DNA of 64,000 nt, from assembly GCF_009914755.1 (NCBI RefSeq), contig NC_060935.1; one strand, given 5' to 3'. How positions within the stretch are numbered: position 1 is the first letter of the stretch; every line of letters begins with the position of its first letter. Positions 51,001-64,000 of this stretch are shown in pieces. A program made the position numbers and the translations under genes. This DNA comes from the human T2T-CHM13v2.0 reference genome, Homo sapiens. The notes beneath the pieces are model-generated. The model had not been told where the DNA came from, did no database searches, and saw only the letters and a list, made by a program, of their open reading frames with translations.

Positions 51001-52694
51001 ACATGTTCTCACTTATTTGTGGGATCTAAAAATCAAAACAATTGAACTCATAGACATAGAGAGTAGAAAGATGGTTACCAGAGGCTGAGAAGTATAGTGG
51101 GGGACTGTGGGGGAGGTGGGGATGGTTAATGGCTACAAAGAAAAAAAAAGAAGAGAGAGAATGAGTAAGACCTACTACTTGATAGAACAACAGGGTGACT
51201 ATAGTCCATAATAACTTAATTGTACATTTTTAAAGAACTTAGAGATTGTAATTGGATTGTTTGTAACACAATGGGTAAGTGTTTGAGGGGATGGATAAAA
51301 TAATAATAATTAGAAATAAAGGGTCTGAACAGGAAAGGTCCTCCCTCAATATAACAAACACACAAGGCATTGGGATAAAATAACCCACAGTTTCATGAAA
51401 ATAATAAAACCTGATAAATATAAATAAAAGTTTTGAGCAGATATAGCAAAGTACATTAATAGATGGGAGAATGACCATCTGCTAATTTTGACTGGAGTTC
51501 TAGGATCTAGAGCTGGAAAGAGGAAACAGGAAAGGCTAGCAAACAGTTCAATATAATAGAATCAGAGTAATAGGGAAAAAATAACACCTAACAGAGAACA
51601 CAAGCTGGCAACCAGGGAAATTATCAAAAGAATGTGACCAATAATAATAATAAAGCAGTAAAGAAAAGAGAACAAAGTTCAAAGCCAAAGTTCTACTTTG
51701 AAGAGAATTCAAGCAAGCAAGGGAAGGGAGAGGAGGAGGGCAGGCGTGCATGGTGGGGTGGGTAGAACCTGGAGTTTCCTATGAATGCTGATTCAAATCC
51801 TCTTTTATATGCAGTTGGCAGTTACATCCACAGGTGTTACAGATGCCAAACTATTCAATAATAATTTTCCAATAGCTAATTTAGAAGTCACATACAATGC
51901 TGATTAACACTCCAACAAGATTTTAATCTTAGAAAGCAGCAAAATGCTTCGCAATTTCATATGAATAATGAAGATGTCACATAATCACAGAACTTACAAA
52001 GCAGCTGTGCAGGGGTCTGTCCTACCAGTGTTATAACATGGGCAGTGCCAAAATGCTGGGCTACTGAGTCTACTATAGAATAAAGAGATCACTGGAACAG
52101 AATAGAACTCTAAATGCTATATTATAAAGTAATCAGTATCACAAAAGAATTCTAAAGGCAAAACCATTCATTAAATAGCAACTTGATACCTGGATGATAA
52201 TTCAAAAAAAAACAGTAATTTAAATCCAACACATGCTAAATTTAGATGTCATAAAAATGAATTTCAAAAGAATAAGTGAGTAAAAATTTAATGAAATAAA
52301 ATAATAGACTACCCAGATGAAAATCATTCAGGTATTAGCATGTACAGTATCCTTTTCAAAATTTAAGTCATAAAATACAACAAGCTCAAGATACCACTTC
52401 TTATGTGGACCTTTCTGTGACTGCTCTGCCTCTGATTCTGCTCTTCCCCCTTTATGTGGTTCTTAACTGCATGCTTACTTCTCTGGACTTCTTAAAGAAT
52501 TCATATAAAACACCAAATATATGTAACAATAAATATAAATATTTAAAATCAGCTGTATAGTGTTTCTATTTGTGAGGAAAACTATAAATGTGTGTGTGTG
52601 TGTGTACACCTGCCTTTATATGCATGGGAGAAAAAGGATCATACCTGAGAAATTACAATTATGTTCTTCTCTGGAGAGTGGTGTTACTCTAGAA

Positions 52695-53929
52695 CAGTGA
52701 TCCTCAATTTGTTTTTAACTCCTTTAGACCCTTAAAAATTATTGAGGACCCCAAGGAGCTTTGTTTATGTGAGTTATATCTATAGAGGTTTACTATATCA
52801 GATTTTAAAACTGAGTAACAGTACCTAACAGTCTTTAAAAAAGACTTATCTATGGTGTTTTAAAATTATTGTTATTCATTGACACAATAATAATAATATG
52901 TACATTTTTATATGGTACAGTGTGATATTTTGATATATGTATACCATGTGTAATGATCAGATAAGGGTAATTCACATATCCAGAACCTCAGATATTTCAC
53001 ATTTTTCTGTGGTGAGAACATTGAAAATCTGCTCTTCTAGCTATTTAAAAATACACAGTAAATTTTTTTTAGTATAGTCACCCTATAATGCTGTAGAACA
53101 CTAGAACTTATTCCTCCTATCAAGCTATATTTTGGATTTGTTAACAACCCTCTGGCTATTATCCCATTCCCAGCATCTAGTAACCGCTATTCTACCCTCT
53201 ACTTTTATGAGATCATCTTTTTTTAGCTTTCACATATGAGTGAAAACATGCCGTATTTATCTTTCTGTGCCTAGCTTATTTCACTTAACATAATGTCCTT
53301 TAAGCTTACCTATGTTGCCACAAATGACACAATTTCATTCTTTTCGTGGCTAATTAGTATTTCATTATGTATATATTCCACATTTCTTTTGTCCATTCAT
53401 CTGTTGATGGACACTTAGGTTGATTCCATATCGTGGCTATTGTGAACTGTGCTGTGATAAACCTGAGAGTGTAGATATCTCTTCAATACACTGATTTCCT
53501 TTCCTTTGAATATATACCCAGTAGTGGGACTGTTGGATCCTATGGTAGTTCTGTTTTTAGTTTTTTGATGAACTGCCATACTGTTTTCCAAAATGCCTGT
53601 ACTAATTATAGTCCCACCAACAGTGTATAAGTGTACAATTTCATTTAAAATTGCAGCAATAAATCCATTACATGTTAACATAAATAACATCTTTATGTAG
53701 TAAAATAACCATATTTTTCAAAAAAAAATTGTGAGAGGAGTTTTACATTCTCTTTAATGTGTGGATAACTAAAAATAACTGGATTTTTATATCTGCTTCT
53801 AAATACAATCTCTTGTACTCCACTTTACGCTACTAAGGGAATTAGAGTAAAAGTGGAAACTAAAGTTTTGGTGTTATTATGAAAATCGTTTTGACCCAGG
53901 CTCCTTGGACAACACTTTGAGAACTGCTG
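52695..53929 (+). mobile_element. Charlie4a-like hAT transposon interrupted by L1MA
   Basis: cagtgatcctcaa..ttgagaactgctg termini; perfect 8-bp TSD ctctagaa 52687-52694/53930-53937. Confidence 0.88.
52857..53632 (-). mobile_element. L1MA3/4-type 3' end
   Basis: gtgtaatgatcagataagggtaattcacatatcc; cccaccaacagtgtataag. Confidence 0.8.
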
Positions 53930-54786
53930 CTCTAGAAAGTAAGAGGGGGATTTTTGTTTTCACCACAGATGGTTTGTGTTTTAGAGTTCTCTAAGCCTTC
54001 TCTGTTAAATAGGGAAAATAATTTTGCTTTATAGAATCTTTGTGAGGAATGTGTATAATGTGCTTAGAAGAGAAATAATCACATTTAGGCAAGTGATAAA
54101 TGATAGATGCTATTATAACACTCATTTATTATGATGGTTAAATTCAAAGACTGGATGAAAACACCTCTGAAAGTAAATGTAGTGTCCTTTTCACTGAGGC
54201 CGCAGTGTAGCTTAGAGGCTATAGACAAGGGTGCAATGGCCTAATATGCCCTTGTGGAAAACTATGGGTTTTGAGGGCAGGCAAAGTTCTATTTGCCAGA
54301 GTGGGCGGCTAGAGTTGCAGAGAGAAATACCGAAGCCAGCCTTGGCCACTGACAGGCCTTGGGCACTGGTATTTTCAACAAAATGAAAGAAAATGGCTGC
54401 TCAGACCTTGAAGGAGAAGGGAGACCAGGGAAAATGTGAGTAGTGAAATGTAGTCAGTGCAACCAAATAATTGACTCAGGGCCTGGCCTATGATGAGCCC
54501 ACAAGGGTTACACTCTGGGAAGAGCACAAAATGGGTGTTGAAGCCGGTAGCCTGAGATGTAAAGTTCGATATGATGATTTTGAAAAAGTGGAACAGGCAG
54601 GTCAGTGTACAGGTATATATTGGCCTTAGTCTTAATTAGCCATGGCAGGTGCAATGGTGTTCTCCCAAAATTTTATTTGTTTCCCTACAATCTCAATCCT
54701 CTTATGATTAAGTGGAGCCAACGTGAATGGTTTTGAACAATGGTTATAAAAAAGGATTAAAAATTTTACTTATTTTTAAATGTTAA

Positions 54787-55096
<310 letters not shown>

Positions 55097-55111
55097 GTTA
55101 ATTTAATTTTT

Positions 55112-55495
55112 AAATTAATTTTTTCAACTTTTATTTTAGCTTGAAGAGGTACATGTGCAGTGCAGGTTTGTTACATGGGTACATTGCATGATGCTGAGGT
55201 TTGGCGTATGGATGATTCCATCACCTAGGTACTGAGCAGAATACCCAATAGTTTTTCAACTCCTGTCCATCTCTAGTAGTCCCTCGTATCTATTGTTACC
55301 ATCTCCATCTTTATGCCCATAAGTACCCAATGTTTAGCTACCACTATTGAGAACTTGTGGTATTTGATTTTCTGTTCCTGCATTAATTCACTTATGATAA
55401 TGGCCTCCAGCTGCAACCATATTGCTGCAAAGTACATGATTTCATTCTTTCTTATGGCTATGTAGTATTCCACGGTGTATATATGTATCACATTT
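55112..55495 (-). mobile_element. L1PA16-like 3' end
   Basis: caacttttattttag..gttacatgggtacattgcatgatgctgaggtttgg. Confidence 0.8.
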
Positions 55496-55510
55496 GAATA
55501 AAGAACTTTA

Positions 55511-55909
<399 letters not shown>

Positions 55910-56979
55910 CAATCTAATGGATAGAGTGAAAGATCATAAATATGTGAAGAGATAAAAGTAACGTTTTCAGAATCAAATAAATATACAGGTCCTCAGACTG
56001 AAAGTGCACTCCTAGAACCAAACAGAGTACTGATAATCCTCTACATCTAGACATTTCAGAGTAAATCTGCAGAACATCAAGGATGAAGATAAAAATCTTT
56101 AATATTGTTAAAGAGATAGCCAAAAATACAGACTACATATGAAGAAACAACAATTTTCTTGAAGCAGACTTCTCAGTAACAACAGATGTCAGAAGATAAA
56201 GGAATAATATTGAATAATAAACTACTGATTAAGACTAATGGCAAAATAGGAATGGTTTCATCTTTTCTTTAGTAGAACAAAAGGTTAGAGGGAAAGAATA
56301 AGAAACAAATAATTTTAAGTGCATTGTCAGAGTCTGCACTCCTGGATCCTAAAGGCATAAAATGCCAGGACACCAGGAGCATAGCTAAGCTACCAAGGGT
56401 TCTATAACCAAATCTTCCATATCCCCAGTATCACAGTGAGGCAGTAAACTAATAATTATAGGACCAGGAATAGACCAGGGGATTAGGGGCATGCATTTGC
56501 AAAACCACTAAATATGAAGAGGTAAGCATGTAGGAAAAAAAGAAAATAAAAACAAGAAAAACATCCTTATCAATCAAATAGAGCTTGTAAACCAAAATTC
56601 AAAAAACATGAAGAGACTTAATGTTAAGAAAACAGCCCACAAAAACAAGTAAATTAATTCATTACACATGATATGTTTCTACAGTAGACGGTTATAAAAT
56701 CAGTGTATTTAATGTATTCAGAGGTAAATGAAGACAAATTTTCATTATAAAAATAAATTATATAGCAAATAAACAGTGATGAAAACAGGCAAAGATTTTA
56801 TAAGAACAATTAAAGTATCATGGGAATGCAGAGTATGCTGACTAAGAAGCTACTACAACAATAACATAAACTCCACACTGACCACAGATGATGAAAGAAT
56901 TGAATTATTTGGAAGAAATAAATTTGATGCTCACCCAAAACTCAGCTCAGAAAGATAGAGAGATTTAAAAGTATATTTA

Positions 56980-57310
<331 letters not shown>

Positions 57311-57315
57311 TTTAA

Positions 57316-58150
57316 CCATTTCTAATCAACCTTGTGCTCAAGGATCTAGCCAGAGCAATTTGGCAAGAAAAAGAAGTAAAAGGCATGCAGATTGAAAAGG
57401 AAATAAAACTATCTCTATTCACAGATGGTATGATCTGGTATATAAAAATTCCTGAAGAACTCACACACATAGAAAACTATTAGCGCTAATAAACAAGTTG
57501 AGCAAGGTTGTAAGATACAATATACAAAAATTTATATTTCTATAAACTAGTAATAAACAATCTGATTTCATTTATAATAGCATCAAAAAAGAAAAAATAC
57601 TTAGGAATAAAATATAACAAACCAAGTGTAAGACTTTTACACTGAAAACTATGTAACATAAGATTGTGTGCCACTGGTGTACAATAAAAATGTAAATTAA
57701 TAGAATAGAATTGAAAGTACAGATATAAAACCATATATCTATAGTCAATTTATTTTCAAGAAGGGTATCAAAACCATTCAATGGGGAAAAATAGTATTTT
57801 CAACAAAGGCGCTTAGACAACTGGATAGACACTGCAACAGGATGAATCTGGATCCCTGCCTCATACCATATACAAAAAAAAAAAAAGAGAGAGAGAAAAA
57901 ATCCTCAAAATCAATTAAAGACCTACATGTAAGCACTAAATTGGTAAAACACTTAGAAGAAAACAGCAGTAAATTTTTGGTACCTTGAATTAGACAGTGT
58001 TTTCTTAGGACACCAAATGCACAAGCAATCAAAACCAAAATAGACAAATTGAAATTAAAAACTTTTTATGTTTCAAAGGACAATATGAAAAAGTGAAATG
58101 ACAGCCCACAAAGTGGGAGACAATAATTGCAAATCATATGTACGATAAGA
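57316..58150 (+). mobile_element. old L1M ORF2 remnants
   Basis: ctagccagagcaatttggcaagaaaaagaagtaaaaggcatgcagattg..ctctattcacagatggtatgatc. Confidence 0.75.
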
Positions 58151-58861
58151 GCCTATTATCTGGGTAATATACAAATGAATGAGAATAAAACTTATATTGG
58201 ATTTTTCATCAGCATCATTGAATATAAGACAGAAGCATTTAATTTGATATAAGAACAAAAGAAATTGTGTATGTTTTCATAAAGAGAAAAATTCACTCTA
58301 AATTAATCAGTGAATTGAATGCAATTTCATTAAAAATAACTGAAGAGTACTTTTACACAACTTACTAAGCTAATTCTAAAATCCTTATGGAGAAATTAAG
58401 GGCCCCAAATAGACAAACCATGTTGCAAAAAATGACTAGGGCAAATATGTGACTTATTATCACAGTGAGATTACTTTTTGTCCAAAAAACTTTTATGCAG
58501 AAAGAAGAATAAACACTATTATTTATAACTAGTTTATTTTCCAATTTATTAATCATATGAATCTAGAATTTATTTAAATATTAATAACATTTCATTGAAT
58601 ACTTACAGAGCATGTACACAAACTAATAAATTTATGCACTAAACGGATTAAATTTCTTAAAACATTTAAATGTTGATTGCAAACTTAATCAAACACTTCT
58701 TAACCTTTAATTGGGATCTTTTGAATAAATCGGGGCTTCTTAAATCTCCTAAAATTTCAAAAATTCATCAAAATACACATGCAGTATAATTATTAGAAAG
58801 CTAATCAGATACCCACCAGAAAAGCTAAGTGTAAAGTGTTTGTGCTAGGATTTTAAAATTA

Positions 58862-60010
<1,149 letters not shown>

Positions 60011-60185
60011 ACTATTATTTTACACTTTAAAATTATTTTGTTTTTATGTTGACTTTTTACGGCAGTTGCCTTCAAGATGAGGTTCAGTAATATTATTACT
60101 TTCCTACATTCCTTTTTTTTTTCAATTTTTCAGAAAAGAGGTACCATATGAGAATATCTGAGATTACTGGACTTGGATATGGGCT

Positions 60186-60852
60186 AACAACAGATGCTGA
60201 TGAGGCTGTGGAAAAATAGGAACACGTTTACAGTGTTGATGGGAGTGTAAATTTGTTCAACCATTGTGGGGGACAGTGTGGCGATTCCTCAAGGATCTAG
60301 AACTAGAAATACCATTTGACCCAGCAATCCCATTACTGGGTATATACCCAAAGGATTATAGATCATTCTACTATAAAGACACATGTACACATATGTTTAT
60401 TGCAGCACTATTTACAATAGCAAAGACTTGGAACCAACCCAAATGCTCATCAATGATAGAATGGATAAAGAAAATGTGGCACATATACATCATGGAATAC
60501 TGTGCAGCCATAAAATAGAATAAGTGCATGCCATTTGCAGGGACATGGGTGAAGCTGGAAGCCATCATTCTCAGCAAACTAACACAGGAACAGAAAACTC
60601 AACACTGCATGTTCTCACTCATAAGTGGGAGTTGAACACATGGACACAGGGAGGGGAACATCACACACTGGGGCCTGTCAGGGGGTCGAGGGCAAGGGGA
60701 GGGAGAGCATTAGGACAAATAACTAACGCATGTGAGGCTTAAAACCTAGGTGACAAGTTGATAGGTGCAGCCATCCACCATGGCACATGTATACCCATGT
60801 AACAAACCTGTACATTCTGCACATGTATCCCAGAACTTAAAGTAAAAAAAAA
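60186..60852 (+). mobile_element. L1PA8-like 3' end
   Basis: ORF2 C-terminus 60264-60518; gcatgtgaggcttaaaacctagg 3'UTR. Confidence 0.9.
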
Positions 60853-62039
60853 TTACATACTCAGCAGCAGTCTAAATGGACCATGTTGTTTATTGCCAAA
60901 GAATATTTGATATTTATTTATTAAGAAATTCCCTAGCTCTTTTGAGAACCCTTACATATAATTTTTATGTATGTGTATTTTTGTATGGTTAGAAATATTG
61001 ATTTGAATTTTAGAAGTTGATTACTAAATCAATATACTTATTTGCTTTGGTTTCCTAAAAAAAATTCCAATTCTATACACTGTAAAACTGTGAACTCTCA
61101 TTAAATGTAAAGCTTTCCTCATTCCCAAGTTGAGCTTTGTTTCAGATGTGGAAGTCTGCGTTGCTGTAGGGGCATGTTTGGTTCCTCTCTTCCTTCTCTC
61201 CTTCTCCTCTGGATTATGAAATAATATTTGTGGCCTTTCCAGAGAGTATTGAGGAGAAAGAGAGGAGTGGGAACAGATAAAGCTTAAAACTCTTAACTTG
61301 ACCAGCAAAGTTACAGTTGATGTGAGTGCTTAGAGATGTAGCAGGTGTCTGAAGCTGAGACTTCCTCTCATGGGACTTTTCAGACACCACTCCTCCCACC
61401 CTTGGGAAAAAGTCTGACTGGGGTTTTCTTATTGCAGTCCCTGCTGGGCTACCTGCTTTTGTCTTCTGCTGTCAGCAACTAGGCCTTTCGCAGTCACGTT
61501 TATTTATTTTTTATAAATTAGAACTGCATGAAATAAAATTTATTGAGTTATTATATTTGTAAGGCACAAACCTGTGGCAGAATCACAAATAATGAATACA
61601 GCTATGTAAGAAGTTGTCTTTTTAACTTCCCAATCTATCAGATTTCATCTTAGTGAATCTGATGGATCTTGTCATCTGGTAGAATCAAGTAATATGACAC
61701 ACAATTGCAACCATCACGTGAAATGGCCTAAAAAAACATGTGTTCGCATGATTAAACTCCTACAAGTATTCCTCAATGAGTCAATGTCATCAGGATAAAA
61801 AATAATCTTTTTATACAACTAAGTAGCTCAACACAGCACAAAACTAATTTAAAAATAATTTAAATTGACTTTGTGTGTGTCTTAATTTCAGAATGATTAG
61901 GTATAATTTTTTTTAGAATAGTTGATCATTCAAAAACTCAATTATAAATGGGAAGGAAGTATCCTAGGAGGAGCCAAACAATGTAATTTGACAGAAAGAA
62001 AGCAGGCAGAAACTTCATAATTTCAGAACCGTAAACTAT

Positions 62040-62675
62040 AATTAATAAAAAATAAATTTGAAAACCATACTAAAGGAAAGACTGTGCTATCTCCTCTATC
62101 AAAAATGATAGTAAAAAAGTCATTATCATCTGAAGAAACAATCAAAAAGCATTCAGGAAAAACGTGTAAAAAATAATTAAAGATGGATGTCAGGCTGATA
62201 ATAAAAAGATTGCAAAAAAATAAATACCATATGTTTTCACTTATAAGTGGGAGCTAAGAATTGAGCACATATGGACATAAATATGGGAACAACAGACACT
62301 GTGAACTACTGGAGGAGGGGGAGAGAGGTGGGTTAAAAAACTACCTATCAGGCACTATACTTACCACCAGGGTGGTGGGATCTGTATTCCAAACCTCAGC
62401 ATCACACAATACTCCCAAGTAACAAATATTCACATGTAGCCCTGTATCTAAAATAAAAGTTCAAGTTTTTAAAAAAAGATTGTATTATTCTTTTGAGAAT
62501 TGTAATATTTGTGGATATTGTCAGCTTTGTAAACTTTGTAATATGTGATTTATTTTCTCATTCTAAATAAATACTGATTTTAATAAAAACTTTTGAATTT
62601 TAACTTTGTATCATTTTTCTTAAAGAGGGGCTCATATGTTGACTAGATTAAGAGCTCAAAAATCTAGGACCCACT
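62040..62675 (+). mobile_element. Zaphod-like hAT-Tip100 3' portion, interrupted by L1
   Basis: aaaatgatagtaaaaaagtcattatcatctgaagaaacaatcaaa; ttttctcattctaaataaata..ttcttaaagagggg. Confidence 0.55.
62213..62472 (+). mobile_element. L1PA17-like 3' end
   Basis: ccaaacctcagcatcacacaata; TSD aaaaagattg 62203-62212/62473-62482. Confidence 0.85.
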
Positions 62676-63924
62676 ACTCTTTTGCACAAAGTTCAAAGAC
62701 ACAATCTGGGAGAAAATATTACCACATAGGCAACCGACAAAAGTAATATAGAGAGCATATAAATATATCTTTATATCTTCCAAGATATAAAAGTCTAGAA
62801 AATCTGTATTATCAGGGCCATGAGAGGGTTATAATAATTAAGGCTTTTTTCTTGTATGATATATAAGTAATTAAAACAGAAAAATATCATATTTCAGGGT
62901 ATTTTCATGGATGCTAAATTACTTGTACACACCATCAAAAAGTTAGCTGAATGTGTTTTTAGATAATGCAGTCTACATGAAAATAGTGACAGATTTATTC
63001 TTGGCCTTTTAGTTCTATATGAGAACCCAGAAAAACAAACATATTGCACCATTAGGCATCAAAGTGAAAAAATAGTGGTGAATGATTGATAATCCATAGT
63101 ATAGTTTACCAAGTGAAAAGTACTGACATGTTAGTGCAAAAACTCTTCTTAAAAATAAAACTAGGTTAGAATCACCAAAAATGAAATCATTGCAATGTCT
63201 AAATCTTTAAAATTCCAAGCAGAAAAATGGGTGTTGACTCAGATGTGTAATAACATCAGCAGGTTTTCTCCATCATGTCCTGTGTCAAGGCAGATGTGCC
63301 CTCCAGCAAGTGCTAAGCCACAGACCTATAGCTATCCCCTGAGGGCTAATGGTAATGCTTCCAACTTGCTACTAAAAGCCTGAAATAAGCATCATCTAGT
63401 GAATACTGCTAAACTCAGTTTATTTGTTGCTAAAAAAAATCTGAGAGGTGACAGATAATATGTTTGTCATTTGCCTTTTGATTCTCTTTTTCAAATCCAG
63501 ACAAAACGCCAACACCTAATTGTCAGCATTCAAGAGAACCTGAAAGTTATCAAGTGCAATATCCCATTAGTGTTTAAATCCTCCCTATGAAATGCCCACC
63601 AGGTGTTCATCAAGCTGATTGTACACCAGCATGGCAGAGATCCAGGCCTATGGTGCAGAGCAGAAGTAGTACAATAAATCAGTAGGGAGAAGATTACTTT
63701 TTATGGGAGAAGATTATTTTTATATACATCATCCATTTATTGCTATAGCTGACTTCCATGTGATAAAGGAGGAAGAGTCTTACCTTATACAAAAGATTCA
63801 AAAATAAATTACGTATGGATTAAAAACTATAAAAAATTACTCTTGGAAGAAAATCTAGAAGAATAGCTTTATGATCATGGAATAAGAAAAGATTCTTAAA
63901 GTTTATACCATTTTTTAAACGAAG

Positions 63925-64000
63925 AGTTATGGAGTACTTTCTATATGCCTGGCACTATTCGATTTGTTTTATAAATACTAGCTCAGTAAATCTTCATTAA
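63925..64000 (-). mobile_element. MIR 3' end (cut by the window edge)
   Basis: ttatggagtactttctatatgcctggcactattc. Confidence 0.55.

Noticed and set aside
61024-61399. Minus-strand ORFs of 94 and 61 aa in unique DNA
   Set aside because: Non-ATG starts, no homology recognised, no clear splice signals

Overview
Primate (most likely human) genomic DNA: AT-rich, no CpG island, and densely filled with transposable elements. These include about 13 Alus (J/S/Y), primate L1PA3/PA7/PA8/PA8A/PA16/PA17 copies, older L1M and HAL1, L2, MIR, LTRs (MLT1, MLT2, LTR16, LTR33, MER31) and DNA transposons (Tigger3, MER5A, Charlie4a, Zaphod-like). I find no host protein-coding gene, RNA gene or CRISPR array. All long ORFs are decayed L1 ORF2 or Alu artefacts, so this is intergenic or deep-intronic DNA. 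The notable signals are fossils of DNA repair and retrotransposition: (i) an MLT2 LTR carrying a ~280-bp insertion built from direct and inverted copies of its own sequence, plus an 82-bp copy of unique DNA from 1.1 kb upstream; (ii) further templated-insertion scars; (iii) three 5'-inverted (twin-primed) L1s, including an L1PA3 with a 3' transduction that carries the end of an older L1; (iv) an L1MA2-like element that has lost almost exactly its ORF2; (v) a near-consensus, possibly polymorphic AluY. I cannot support a new multi-gene system here. Repeat subfamily names come from recalled consensus motifs, not a database search, and boundaries of old repeats are approximate.
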